Shown here: in pieces, positions 15,938-25,708 of the stretch
How positions within the stretch are numbered: the stretch's first letter is position 1
Layout of the letters: each line of letters starts with the position of its first letter
Origin: Candidatus Woesearchaeota archaeon
Lineage (GTDB): Archaea; Nanobdellota; Nanobdellia; Woesearchaeales; 21-14-0-10-32-9
NCBI GenBank assembly: GCA_007131205.1
Contig: SLQZ01000062.1
Span: 1 to 37,694, forward strand
DNA length: 37,694 bases
Direction: 5' to 3'
Notes under the pieces: generated by a model
Databases searched by the model: none
What the model was told of the DNA's origin: nothing
Seen by the model: the letters and a program-made list of their open reading frames with translations, nothing else
Translations under genes and position numbers: made by a program

Positions 15938-16303
15938 ATGAATATGAAAGCCCTATCCTTAAAACAGCCATACGCAGAACTCGCAGTAAGCGGAAAGAAA
16001 ACAATAGAATTAAGAAAATGGAATACAAGTTTCCGAGGAGAATTCTTAGTGCACGCATCAAAGCAACCAGACAAAGAAGCAATGGAAAAATTTGGCTTTA
16101 AAGAATTGCCATTAGGAGCAATCATAGGGAAAGCAGAATTGGTAAGCGTGAAGAAATATGAGAACGAAGAAGAATTCGAAAAAGACAAAGACAAGCACTT
16201 AGCCACGAAAAAATATGGTGTGTATGGATTCATACTAAGAAACGCAAAGAAAACAAAGCCAATACCCGCAAAAGGAAAACTAGGATTTTGGAAATATGAA
16301 TGA
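15938..16303 (+). CDS. ASCH (PUA-like) domain protein
   Basis: ALSLKQPYAELAVSGKKTIELRKWNTSFRGEFLVHAS...LPLGAIIGKAELV matches the ASCH N-terminal signature (SIKQPWA..I..G.K..E.R). Confidence 0.65.
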   Translation: MNMKALSLKQPYAELAVSGKKTIELRKWNTSFRGEFLVHASKQPDKEAMEKFGFKELPLGAIIGKAELVSVKKYENEEEFEKDKDKHLATKKYGVYGFILRNAKKTKPIPAKGKLGFWKYE

Positions 16304-16329
16304 ATAATAGTTTGAAGACAAAACAAAAT

Positions 16330-16527
16330 CTACGACATCATTTTAGCCAGAAAAAACCACACAACGGTAACAAAAAAAATAGCAAAAAGTGCTACCACTA
16401 ATTCCCAAGCTTTATTCTTAAACTTTCCTTCGAGCTTTTTAGAGATAAACTGACCTACTAATAGAATCATACCAGCAGTCACGCCTGCAATTACGCCCGG
16501 AAATAATGTTTCAAAAAACCCCATCAA
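16330..16527 (-). CDS. Small membrane protein (2 TM), unknown function
   Basis: 65 aa, two hydrophobic helices, co-oriented downstream of the DpnA-like methyltransferase. Confidence 0.35.
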   Translation of the reverse strand: MMGFFETLFPGVIAGVTAGMILLVGQFISKKLEGKFKNKAWELVVALFAIFFVTVVWFFLAKMMS

Positions 16528-16562
16528 GTTAGTATTAAAACTACACTTATAATTTTTGCGGA

Positions 16563-17342
16563 TTAGTTCAATGTGCTTTTCAGCCTTCTAACGCTTAACT
16601 TCAAGTAATCTTCTTCTTTATCTATGCCGATGTACTTTCTTCCGTGCATGCTTGCGACCAGTCCTGTTGTTCCTGAGCCGTTGAAAGGGTCCAAAACAAC
16701 ATCTTTTTCGTTGGTGCTAGCCAGGACTATTCTTTTTAGTAGCTCTATCGGTTTTTGTGTTGGGTGTTTGCCTGATTTCTTTTCTTGCATCGGGGTTAAA
16801 GGAATTTTCCATATACTTCGCATTTGTTTTCCTTTCGGGCTTATATCATCGTGCCATTCTTTCATTTCTTTATAATTGAAAGTGTGCTTTGCTTTCTTGT
16901 CTTTTTTAGCCCAAATAATGGTTTCATGGGCGTGGGCGAAGTATCTGCAGGAGAGGTTTGGAGGCCCGTTTGGCTTAAACCACGAGATTTCGTTTAAAAT
17001 GTGAAATCCTAATGCCTGTAACGCATGCCCTACTTTGTATATGCTATGAGGAGTGCCTGAAATCCATATTGTTCCGTTAGGTTTTAAGAGTTCTCTGCAG
17101 TGTTTTAGCCAGGAATAAGTGAATTCGTAGTCTTTCTGGAAGCCATTTGATTTATCCCAGTCTCCCTTGTTGACAGAAACCATTTTTCCTGCTTTGCATG
17201 TTATTCCGCCGTTGGATAAATTATAAGGAGGATCTGCAAATATCATGCTTACCGAATTCTTCCTGATTTTTGGCAATACTCCGAGGGAATCTCCTTTGAT
17301 TAGCATGAAATTCTTGTCTTTGAAGAATGGTTTAATAGTCAT
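16563..17342 (-). CDS. Beta-class DNA N6-adenine methyltransferase, DpnA/M.MboIB-like
   Basis: Motif IV before motif I: IFADPPYNLSNGG ... GDWDK ... NGTIWISG ... PNLSCRYF ... GKHPTQKP ... VLDPFNGSGTTG. From memory it is collinear with S. pneumoniae DpnA. Confidence 0.85.
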   Translation of the reverse strand: MTIKPFFKDKNFMLIKGDSLGVLPKIRKNSVSMIFADPPYNLSNGGITCKAGKMVSVNKGDWDKSNGFQKDYEFTYSWLKHCRELLKPNGTIWISGTPHSIYKVGHALQALGFHILNEISWFKPNGPPNLSCRYFAHAHETIIWAKKDKKAKHTFNYKEMKEWHDDISPKGKQMRSIWKIPLTPMQEKKSGKHPTQKPIELLKRIVLASTNEKDVVLDPFNGSGTTGLVASMHGRKYIGIDKEEDYLKLSVRRLKSTLN

Positions 17343-17440
17343 GTAATGCTAAGAATCATACTTGTTTATATTTGTTGTGTGGACTTGTCCAGTGCATCTT
17401 TCAGGTTAACCGGAAGATTTACGAAAAAAATGGGAAAATA

Positions 17441-17450
17441 TTTATATTTA
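17441..17450 (+). promoter_or_regulatory. TATA box (TTTATATTTA) about 26 nt upstream of ATG 17472; suggests a leaderless or short-leader transcript for the orphan ORF
   Basis: AT-rich element read directly. The spacing to the ATG matches archaeal TATA-to-TSS distance. Confidence 0.4.
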
Positions 17451-17471
17451 TTTAAAAAGGATGATACCATT

Positions 17472-18089
17472 ATGAATCGCCAGGAACTATTTGAAATTGT
17501 TAAAAATCTTGAGTTCGATAAAAAAATAAGTATTATAGAGGAGAATGGTGTTGAATTATACTTATTGAGGCCTTCTGTACTCCCTAAATCTCTTAAAAAC
17601 AAATATGATGTAAATAAAAATTTTCAGATATGGGTTAAAGAAGGGGAGCGAGAATTCAGACCGAATCATCTTCGTTTAATTATCGACTTAAATCTTAGAG
17701 TCAGGTCTAATCCTGAATTAAAAAATAAGTTACTCTTAGCAATGGACAATATTTTTTATGGGGAAGATGTTGAGAAAGAAATATCTTTGTTAAACAAGGA
17801 AAAATTCCAACATTACCTTAACCCATTGAGAATAATAGCATATATGGCCTTGCTCTTTTTGATAGAACAAGAATATAACTATACGGGAGAAAGTAAGTAC
17901 GATCCGAAAACCTTGTTTTTGCAAGGTTGGATACGGGAAAGCATTGATAGCCCAAAGGAATTAGACAACATGTGCATGAGTATAGCTAACGGGCAACCCC
18001 CAAAAGCCAAATATACTTGTAAGGAAAATAAAAAACATAAGAAATACGAAGAAAAAAGAAAAGAGTTGTGGTATCTGGAAGATCAATAA
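17472..18089 (+). CDS. Orphan protein between the two methyltransferases; candidate restriction endonuclease of unrecognised family
   Basis: 205 aa from ATG 17472; the ORF is open from 17346. No DpnII-family, HNH or GIY-YIG signature is visible. The only weak PD-(D/E)XK-like string is IIDLNLRVRSNPELK. The 3' end overlaps the Dam-like gene by 7 nt (convergent). Confidence 0.4.
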   Translation: MNRQELFEIVKNLEFDKKISIIEENGVELYLLRPSVLPKSLKNKYDVNKNFQIWVKEGEREFRPNHLRLIIDLNLRVRSNPELKNKLLLAMDNIFYGEDVEKEISLLNKEKFQHYLNPLRIIAYMALLFLIEQEYNYTGESKYDPKTLFLQGWIRESIDSPKELDNMCMSIANGQPPKAKYTCKENKKHKKYEEKRKELWYLEDQ

Positions 18090-18910
18090 TTAGTTACTAC
18101 AACCTCGTCTATTTCTCCCCTTCCTTTAGCGTCGCTGTTAATACTTCTCCTGGCTTTTACTTTCCTAATATTATATCCTTTGTACAGTTTATGGATTAGT
18201 TCGCTGTCGCTGTTGCTAAGCATTACTTTGCAGCCTTTTGCATCTAGCTTCATGAAAACTTCTGCTAATCTGACCTGGTCTTCCCGGCCAAAATCCAGGT
18301 CGGTGTAACTAGTGAAATTATTCTTTTTGAAAGGCCAATATGGAGGGTCGAGATAAACAAAGTCGCCTTTCTTAGCTGTTTCAAGGACTTTTTTGAAGTC
18401 TTGAGCTTTTGCCACAACATTTTTTAGTAAATGACTTGCTTTTTTCAGTGTTTCTTCTCTGACAATCTCAGGGTTTTTATAACTCCCTATGGGTACGTTA
18501 AATTCGTTTTTCGAGTTCACCCTAAACAATCCATTGAAACACGTCCTGTTCAAATAAAGGAGTAAAGCTGCTTTTTTCAAAGAGTCTTTTTCCTTGTTAT
18601 AAGCATTTCTAGCTTCGTAATAATAATCTTTTGAGTGATTTTTAGCATGTATTCTTAGGAGTTTTATTAGCTCTGAGAGGTTATCCCTTATCTGGACGTA
18701 TAGATTTATGAGTTCTGAGTTGTAGTCGGATAAGAAAATTTTTTTTGGATTAAATTTTTGTTTTACGTGGAAGAATACTGCTCCACCGCCTACGAATGGC
18801 TCGCGGTATACTTCTATGTTTTCTGGGTAGAACTCTTCGAATTTGGAGAGTAACTGTTTTTTACCCCCTGCCCACTTTACAAACAACGGAATCTCAACCC
18901 CCATAAACAA
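18083..18910 (-). CDS. Alpha-class DNA adenine methyltransferase, Dam/DpnM family
   Basis: KWAGGKKQLL, EPFVGGGAVFF, FNGLFRVNSKNEFNVP, GDFVYLDPPYWP, VMLSNS, VVTNY. From memory it is collinear with DpnM/Dam. Confidence 0.9.
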   Translation of the reverse strand: MFMGVEIPLFVKWAGGKKQLLSKFEEFYPENIEVYREPFVGGGAVFFHVKQKFNPKKIFLSDYNSELINLYVQIRDNLSELIKLLRIHAKNHSKDYYYEARNAYNKEKDSLKKAALLLYLNRTCFNGLFRVNSKNEFNVPIGSYKNPEIVREETLKKASHLLKNVVAKAQDFKKVLETAKKGDFVYLDPPYWPFKKNNFTSYTDLDFGREDQVRLAEVFMKLDAKGCKVMLSNSDSELIHKLYKGYNIRKVKARRSINSDAKGRGEIDEVVVTNY

Positions 18911-18973
18911 TTACTAAAAGCCTCGTAAATATAAGGTTTTTCTTTGTGGAACAAAAAAACAGAATAAGCGTAT

Positions 18974-19411
18974 TTACTTCCTTGCTTTTTCGACTTTTCC
19001 TCTTAGCAATGCGTTTAGGGATTGGTCGTTTACTTTTATGACTTGCCAGCGTACGCCTGGGATGTCTCCCTTGCTTCTGCCCATGCTTCCACCCATGCAT
19101 TCTATGACGACTTCGTCGTGCTCATCCACCATTTTCTGGGCTCCGTCACCTGGAAGGAAAGCTGTTACTTGCTTGCCGTTCTTAACAAGTTGGACACGGA
19201 CACATTTTCTCATAGCTGAGTTTGGCTGTTTTGCCTCTCTTTGAACTTTTTCAAGTACGATTCCTGAGGCTTGGCTTGAGCCTTCAAGAGGGTCTGATTT
19301 TAAGGCTAATTTAAGGACTTTCTTGGCGTACCACTTGTCTTTCTTCCTGGACTCGCTTCGCCTACTAGTAAGTTTTTTTCCTGCGTTCAATCCTGATGAT
19401 TTCTTGCTCAT
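18974..19411 (-). CDS. rps12: Ribosomal protein S12 (uS12)
   Basis: [33 protein letters not shown]. Confidence 0.95.
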   Translation of the reverse strand: MSKKSSGLNAGKKLTSRRSESRKKDKWYAKKVLKLALKSDPLEGSSQASGIVLEKVQREAKQPNSAMRKCVRVQLVKNGKQVTAFLPGDGAQKMVDEHDEVVIECMGGSMGRSKGDIPGVRWQVIKVNDQSLNALLRGKVEKARK

Positions 19412-19421
19412 ATTTTCACCG

Positions 19422-19841
19422 TTATATTACCTTGATTTCTTTTAATGGAAAGTATTTCCTCACGATTTCCTCGTAGTTCCTCAGGTTTTGCGCTCGGGCG
19501 CCGATCATAAGGCCTTTGGTTTTCGCGTCAGGGCCTTTAATCGTGACGATTTCGTCTTCTTCCTGCATATCAACTATTTTTAAGGGGAACATAAGGTTCC
19601 TTATAAATGTTAGCTTGTCAGGGCTGAACTCGACTATTTTAATCTTTCTATTGACTGCTCTCTCAACTTTTTCTATGTTAGACTTCTGCTTGCCAAGCGC
19701 GCGCCCCATTTCCCCGGGCTGGACAACAAAAACAATCTTGTCCTTGTTAAAAAAGCAGTCTTTTAATCCTGCACCCGTTATTTTTTCGAATAATGACATT
19801 AGGTTCAGGAGTTCAGCATCATATTTTATCTTCATTTGCAA
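19422..19841 (-). CDS. nusA: Transcription termination/antitermination factor NusA (archaeal two-KH form)
   Basis: ~139 aa. [17 protein letters not shown] and [13 protein letters not shown] are KH GXXG-type loops. Conserved position between L30e and S12. Confidence 0.85.
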   Translation of the reverse strand: MQMKIKYDAELLNLMSLFEKITGAGLKDCFFNKDKIVFVVQPGEMGRALGKQKSNIEKVERAVNRKIKIVEFSPDKLTFIRNLMFPLKIVDMQEEDEIVTIKGPDAKTKGLMIGARAQNLRNYEEIVRKYFPLKEIKVI

Positions 19842-19855
19842 TTAAACCCAAAAAA

Positions 19856-20119
19856 TTATTTTTTTACGCCTATTACAGATACCAGGAAAGGCTTCCCGCA
19901 AATAGTTCCAAGCTCTTCATTATTAACGTCAAGGGCGTGCACTTCTACGCCACCAATTTTCTTGTAGTATTCCAAGTCTTTCTTTGCCTCAACCTCGGCA
20001 TTTGAGGACACAAAAACCTTTGCTAACTCACCTTTCCTGAGAAGCTTTAAAGTCCTGTCCGTGCCGATAATTATTTTATCTGTGTTCAAGAGTTTTCTTA
20101 TTTCATCAATCACAATCAT
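19856..20119 (-). CDS. rpl30e: Ribosomal protein L30e (eL30)
   Basis: KIIIGTDRTLKLLRKGELAKVFVSSN ... LGTICGKPF. Conserved position after rpoA''. Confidence 0.85.
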   Translation of the reverse strand: MIVIDEIRKLLNTDKIIIGTDRTLKLLRKGELAKVFVSSNAEVEAKKDLEYYKKIGGVEVHALDVNNEELGTICGKPFLVSVIGVKK

Positions 20120-20131
20120 TCACCTTTAGCT

Positions 20132-21280
20132 TTATTTTGACTTAGTTCGAACTATTAAGCCAGGCAAGCCTGTACCTATTGGAACTGGCTGGTTCAGCAT
20201 AACGTTTTCTATGACGCTGTTCAACGGGTCAGATTCTCCTGTGAGGCCTGCGTTGATAACATGCTTGATAGGTGTCTCGAAGGAAGCCCTTGCAAGCACG
20301 GAAGGCTTCTCCTTAACAATACCATACCTGTTAATGCCCATGATCTTCCCTGACATGCACATAGCGTCTGCAACTATCATGATATGCCTGATGTCAACGT
20401 TCAATCCTTGTTCCTCGATGACTTTCATTAATTCATTTATTATGAGCTGCCTCGCTGCCTCTATGCCGAATTCTTTCTCAATCTCATATATGTTATTAGT
20501 ATATGTCCTTTCCTTGTCTACGAAGTCAAGAGACAAGACTTCTCTAAGGTTAGAGCCTGACGTTACAATCATGAACTCATCATCCTTCTTTACAGGGAGG
20601 ACTTGCTTGATTCCTTTCACGCCGTGAATATAAACATTTTTGAGCTTCTCTTTCAGCTTATAAAGCTGAATAATATCTTTGTCCTTCCCAGACTGTATTA
20701 CTGATATGGACTCGTCTTTTTCAAGCTTAAAAGAAAATCCCTTAACGTTTTTTCTCAGTGCTTCCGTAACGGATGAATGAGTAAGCTTTAGCAATTCAAG
20801 CTTATCTTTGTCAAGCACAATTTTAAGGTTTGCCTCAGAAATATTAACGATTACTTCTTTCAGGAAGTCTTTCATGGTAAGCTCTTTCAGGGATTCAGCG
20901 ATGCGCTTTATATCCTTTCCTTCGCTGTATGGCTTAACTAAGTGAATATTCATAAGCTCAGTAGAAATAGTTTTTCTCCCGTCAAGAACTTCGATAAGCC
21001 TTGGAAGGCCAGTGGTAACGTTCATCTCTGCAACCCCTGCGAAATGGAAAGTGTTCAGTGTCATCTGTGTGCCTGGCTCACCAATGCTTTCAGCGCTTAC
21101 AATCCCAACGCATTCCCCGGGAACTGCCAGCGATGAATTATACTCTGCCTCTATTGCATCCATGATTTTCTTAAGCTTCTCCTTGCTAACACTTGCAGGA
21201 AGATTCGCTTCCACTTCAGCAAGTATTGAATTCGGAATCTTATCCTCGTATTCCCTTAGCGCCTCTTTAACATCAACCAT
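20132..21280 (-). CDS. rpoA2: DNA-directed RNA polymerase subunit A'' (Rpo1C)
   Basis: [29 protein letters not shown] ... SFETP. ATG 21280 is preceded by GAGGT. The track start at 21301 is a TTG. Confidence 0.95.
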   Translation of the reverse strand: MVDVKEALREYEDKIPNSILAEVEANLPASVSKEKLKKIMDAIEAEYNSSLAVPGECVGIVSAESIGEPGTQMTLNTFHFAGVAEMNVTTGLPRLIEVLDGRKTISTELMNIHLVKPYSEGKDIKRIAESLKELTMKDFLKEVIVNISEANLKIVLDKDKLELLKLTHSSVTEALRKNVKGFSFKLEKDESISVIQSGKDKDIIQLYKLKEKLKNVYIHGVKGIKQVLPVKKDDEFMIVTSGSNLREVLSLDFVDKERTYTNNIYEIEKEFGIEAARQLIINELMKVIEEQGLNVDIRHIMIVADAMCMSGKIMGINRYGIVKEKPSVLARASFETPIKHVINAGLTGESDPLNSVIENVMLNQPVPIGTGLPGLIVRTKSK

Positions 21281-21290
21281 TTTCAGTACC

Positions 21291-23891
21291 TCATTCCTCA
21301 AAAGAATCTATTATGCCCTTAACATTTATCTTTCCTGCTTCCGTCTTTGAAACGTCTAAGCCATCTTCACCATAGTTAAACTGCACGATTTTCTTGGAAG
21401 CATCCCTAACCGTGAAATCATACTCTAGCTTTAAGTCTTGCATCGCATTTGCAAGCCTCCTGTAAAGGTAACCAGACTTAGGAGTCCTAAGAGCGGTATC
21501 CATCAGGCTATCCCTTCCGGTCATCGCCATAAAGAACATTTCGTAAGGCTTCAAGCCATACTTAAACCCGTTCCTGATGAATCCCCTGGGGACTGCGCCC
21601 AAGTCATTTTTCTTAAAGCAAGACAAAGACCTTCCCTTAAAGCCTTTTCCAATCCTTCCGCCTCGAAGGGCTTGCTGACCTACACAAGCAGCCATCTGAG
21701 CAATATTGATAGTGTTGCCTTTCGCACCTGATCGTACCATAATCATAGTATTGCTGTTCTGGGGGGATGACAACTCAACGATTTTACCCGACTCATTCCT
21801 TGCCTTGTTAAGCCTTTCCAGAATTCTGAGCTCCAAAGTTTCCTCGATGCTCCTCCCAGGAAGCCTTTCCAAAGTACCAGCGTGGAAATCCCCAATAATT
21901 TTCTTAACATCTTCATCTGCCTTATCAAGCGTCTCCGTGACTTTTTGCAATGCTTCTTCGCTTAAGTCAATATCTGAAAGCTTAGATGTAAAGCCGTACT
22001 TAAGAAGAACTTCTGCGCCCAACCCGTTAATCTTCCTCAAAAAAACAATTATTTCATCTGCGCCGTACTTCTTATGAAGGTTCCTTAATAATAATCCTGA
22101 GCCTTCCCCAAGGTTAGCAGAATCCATAACGCCTGATACAAGCTTTCCATTCGTAATCTTAACCACTGAGTCAGGGTCCTCGGGGTCCCTGTTAAAAATC
22201 CTGGACTTGCCAACAAAGCTAAAATCGTCAGGCAGGATAACAGAAAAGACTTCTTTGCCCGTAACATACTTCTTGTTCGGCAGTTTCTTGAAGTCATCTA
22301 TGCCTGCCGCGGACAATAAATCAACAGCAGCATCCCTAGTAATCTTAAAGCCTTCCCTTGTAAGAATGTAGTTGCCGGAAATGCTGTCCTGAATGCAAGC
22401 TATAATGCTCAACCCATACCTAGGGCTGATTATCTGGGTTTGAACCTGCATTAAAATTTCTGCTTCAGCCCTTGCCTCCTCTGTTTGTGGAATATGAAGG
22501 TTCATCTCATCCCCGTCGAAGTCAGCGTTGTACGGAGCACAAACAGCGGGGTTAAGCCTAAGAGTCAAGCCTGGAAGGACTTTTACGCGGTGGCACATCA
22601 TGCTCATCCTGTGAAGGCTAGGCTGCCTATTGAACAATGCAATATCACCGTCCATCAAGTGCCTCTCAACAATGAAACCCGGCTGGATTTCTTCCAGCAA
22701 CTGCTCCTTTGTCTCGTTAGTAATCCTTTTTCTCTTGCCATCAGGCCTTATAATATAATTAGATCCAGGGTATTGGTCAGAGCCTCTCTCAAGGAATCCT
22801 TTTAAGTACTCCAAATTCCACTCAGTAACCCTTTCAGGAACAGTCAATTTCCTCGCAATTACTTCAGGAACCCCGACTTCATTAATATCTACTTTTGGGT
22901 CTGGGCTTATAACTGTCCTCGCAGAAAAATTAGTCCTCTTACCAGCAAGATTCCCACGAATCCTTCCTTCCTTGTTCTTTATCCTTGCTGTTAAAGTATT
23001 CAATGGCTGCCCACTCCTATGCCTAGCAGGCGGAAGCTGGGCTACCTCGTTATCGAAAAAAGTGGTAACGTGATACTGCAACAAGTCCCATAAGTCTTCA
23101 ATAATAATCTCTGGGGCACCAGCATTAATGTTTTCAAAAAGCCTTTGGTTAATCCTTACAATATCGCCTAGCTTATGCGTAAGGTCATCTTCGCTCCTCT
23201 CCCCGCTTTCAAGGGTAATGCTAGGCCGCATCGTAACAGGTGGTATAGCAAGCACTGTTAAAACCATCCATTCAGGCCTCGCATTCTTCGGGTCAAGGCC
23301 GAAAATCTTCAGGTCTTCATCTGGAATCCTCTCAAGCCTAGCCCTGACTTCTATTGGGGAAATCCTTTTATCATTCTCAATAAAGGAAGTTGGCTTCTCA
23401 ATAGATATCTTATACTGCTTCTCCTTGCAATAAGGGCACTTATTAATAGTCCTAAGGCTTGCAATGATAAGCTTAATCTTGTCCCTTCTCTCAATCAAGC
23501 CCTGCTCCAATCCCACTTTATCCAACAAATCGCGATATTCCTTTATCTTATCCTGAGGAATAAGTATCCTGCCACAACTCCTGCACGTGCTCCTTAACAA
23601 ATCCAGCACTACATCAACGAAGCTTATATGAATAACAGGCCTTGCAAGCTCCATATATCCAAAGTGGCCTAGGCTATCCCTGAGCTTCTGGCCATCAGTC
23701 TTGCACCTCAACCCAGGATCAATAACTCCTAAGCGCACATCCATTAACCCGCCGTCAACAGGGTAGCCTTCCTTATCGTAAAGTTCGGGCGTGACAATCT
23801 TAGCCTTCGCAATGCTTTTCAAGAGCTTAGGAGATATTACCCCAAAATCTATAGACTCAATGTATTTGTATATCGCTTTTTGATTATCCAT
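21291..23891 (-). CDS. rpoA1: DNA-directed RNA polymerase subunit A' (Rpo1N)
   Basis: [12 protein letters not shown] catalytic motif, zinc-binding Cys clusters, 866 aa. Confidence 0.95.
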   Translation of the reverse strand: MDNQKAIYKYIESIDFGVISPKLLKSIAKAKIVTPELYDKEGYPVDGGLMDVRLGVIDPGLRCKTDGQKLRDSLGHFGYMELARPVIHISFVDVVLDLLRSTCRSCGRILIPQDKIKEYRDLLDKVGLEQGLIERRDKIKLIIASLRTINKCPYCKEKQYKISIEKPTSFIENDKRISPIEVRARLERIPDEDLKIFGLDPKNARPEWMVLTVLAIPPVTMRPSITLESGERSEDDLTHKLGDIVRINQRLFENINAGAPEIIIEDLWDLLQYHVTTFFDNEVAQLPPARHRSGQPLNTLTARIKNKEGRIRGNLAGKRTNFSARTVISPDPKVDINEVGVPEVIARKLTVPERVTEWNLEYLKGFLERGSDQYPGSNYIIRPDGKRKRITNETKEQLLEEIQPGFIVERHLMDGDIALFNRQPSLHRMSMMCHRVKVLPGLTLRLNPAVCAPYNADFDGDEMNLHIPQTEEARAEAEILMQVQTQIISPRYGLSIIACIQDSISGNYILTREGFKITRDAAVDLLSAAGIDDFKKLPNKKYVTGKEVFSVILPDDFSFVGKSRIFNRDPEDPDSVVKITNGKLVSGVMDSANLGEGSGLLLRNLHKKYGADEIIVFLRKINGLGAEVLLKYGFTSKLSDIDLSEEALQKVTETLDKADEDVKKIIGDFHAGTLERLPGRSIEETLELRILERLNKARNESGKIVELSSPQNSNTMIMVRSGAKGNTINIAQMAACVGQQALRGGRIGKGFKGRSLSCFKKNDLGAVPRGFIRNGFKYGLKPYEMFFMAMTGRDSLMDTALRTPKSGYLYRRLANAMQDLKLEYDFTVRDASKKIVQFNYGEDGLDVSKTEAGKINVKGIIDSFEE

Positions 23892-23902
23892 TCGATCACC
23901 TT

Positions 23903-25708
23903 CTAAAACTTGCTCTTAAGCTTGAGCTTCGGATAAATGCCAAGAGACTTGAACTCGTCAAGCAACAACTTGAATGCGTAGCTCACTTCTATATCACTCA
24001 TATCAGAGTCCTCCCCAAAAACTGGTGACATTGGCTTATTGTTTTTCCTTGCATCGTAATAGCCAACCAAGCCAGATTTTTCACAAACAGGAACAACGAC
24101 TTGATCAGAATCAAATCTTTCCTTTAACGTGAGGGATGCGCCGTGCGCAACAAAAGTGTCTTTCTCCATTTCTCCAAGCCTTAAGCCTCCTTCCTTGGCC
24201 CTTCCTTCAGTAGGCTGCCTCGTCAATAATTGTATTGGGCCTCTCGCCCTGCTGTGCAGCTTGTTTGCAACCATGTGCTTAAGCTTTAAATAATACATGT
24301 TGCCAATAAAAATCTTGACGGTGTACTGTTCCCCTGTTATGCCATTGTACATTGTTTCAGAGCCATCCTCCCTGAAGCCCATGTCCAAAAGATCCTTTCT
24401 TATGTCTGCTTCTTCTTCTGACTCAAACATAGTAGCGTCAATATACCTTCCTGCAAGGCTGCCTGTCTTGCCTGATAACAATTCCATCATATGGGAAACA
24501 GTCATCCTTGTAGGTATGCCGTGAGGATTGAAAAGTATGTCCGGCTTTAGCCCTGTTGAAGTAAAAGGAACGTCTTCCTCAGGAACCACGAGGCTTATAA
24601 CTCCTTTCTGGCCATGCCTAGAAGTAAACTTATCCCCTATTTCAGGAATTCTTTGCTCGCGAAGCCTTACCTGTACTAGCTTATTACCTTCCTCGTTCTC
24701 AGTCAAGGCTACAAAGTCAACAATTCCTTTTTCGCCGTGCTTCAAAGCCATGCTTGACTCTCTCCTTGAATCAGAGGCTAAGCTGTATTCGTCCATGCTG
24801 CTCAAAAACCTTGGAGGGCTAACCTTCCCGATGACTACGTCTCCTTCCTTAACGCCTGCTTCAGGGTAAATTATGCCATCGTCCTCCAAGAACCTGTAAT
24901 CATGCTCAGACCTATAGCCCCTGACTTCCTTGTCAGGAATAATTATTTCATCCATTAATCCACCAGAATACCTTAATTCCTCAGATATTACCGGACGGAA
25001 GTATGTCGACCTTCCAAGGCCTCTTTCTATGCTGCCTTTGTTTATGATGATAGCGTCATCCATGTTATAGCCTTTGTAAGTCAGGACTGCCACGATAACA
25101 TTCTGGCCTGAAGGGTGCTTATCATAATCTGAAACTGAATGAGTAATGCTTTGAACGATTGGGTAATGCGGGTAGTGCAACACGCTAACATCCATGTCCA
25201 TCCTGAGCAAGAAATTCGCTGCATAAAATCCGACTGCTTGCTTCTGGTTCTTCGCACCTTGGTTTAGGCGCACGCCCTGGTTGTAGTTACCGAACGGAAC
25301 CAGTGTGGTTATAAGCCCTAAAAGATCTAAGCTGCTTATCTCTAAATGTGTGTGCTCAGCAGTGATTTCTTGCTCTGTTAGTGCAACCAATGAATTTTCT
25401 TCTTCGGTCGCATCGATATACTCAATTACTCCTTGCTTTATCAGGTCTGACCATGAAATCTCCTTTTTTTCTAGTTGCTGCAAGTGCTTATCTGTAAGCA
25501 AAGGCTTGCCTTCCTTAACAACTATTAACGGCCTTGTAGTCCTGCCCTTGCTAGTCTCTATCAGTACCTTGTCTTCGTCTTCTGAGTAAGCCACGTTGAC
25601 ATAATCAGATATTTTTCCCATTCTCCTCTCAGATATTATCTGGTCAGCAAAATCTTTTGGGTTTTTCACAACTCCAATGTACTTGTTATCCATGAATACG
25701 TCTGTCAT
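23903..25708 (-). CDS. rpoB1: DNA-directed RNA polymerase subunit B' (Rpo2C, C-terminal part of split RpoB)
   Basis: GDKFTSRHGQKGV, GGLRLGEMEKD. ATGA overlap with B''. Confidence 0.95.
   Translation of the reverse strand: MTDVFMDNKYIGVVKNPKDFADQIISERRMGKISDYVNVAYSEDEDKVLIETSKGRTTRPLIVVKEGKPLLTDKHLQQLEKKEISWSDLIKQGVIEYIDATEEENSLVALTEQEITAEHTHLEISSLDLLGLITTLVPFGNYNQGVRLNQGAKNQKQAVGFYAANFLLRMDMDVSVLHYPHYPIVQSITHSVSDYDKHPSGQNVIVAVLTYKGYNMDDAIIINKGSIERGLGRSTYFRPVISEELRYSGGLMDEIIIPDKEVRGYRSEHDYRFLEDDGIIYPEAGVKEGDVVIGKVSPPRFLSSMDEYSLASDSRRESSMALKHGEKGIVDFVALTENEEGNKLVQVRLREQRIPEIGDKFTSRHGQKGVISLVVPEEDVPFTSTGLKPDILFNPHGIPTRMTVSHMMELLSGKTGSLAGRYIDATMFESEEEADIRKDLLDMGFREDGSETMYNGITGEQYTVKIFIGNMYYLKLKHMVANKLHSRARGPIQLLTRQPTEGRAKEGGLRLGEMEKDTFVAHGASLTLKERFDSDQVVVPVCEKSGLVGYYDARKNNKPMSPVFGEDSDMSDIEVSYAFKLLLDEFKSLGIYPKLKLKSKF

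Noticed and set aside
18894-19100. 68-aa minus-strand ORF spanning the S12 3' end and the Dam-like gene 5' region
   Set aside because: It overlaps the well-supported rps12 frame and the promoter gap. The Arg/Lys-rich translation is typical of an out-of-frame r-protein gene.
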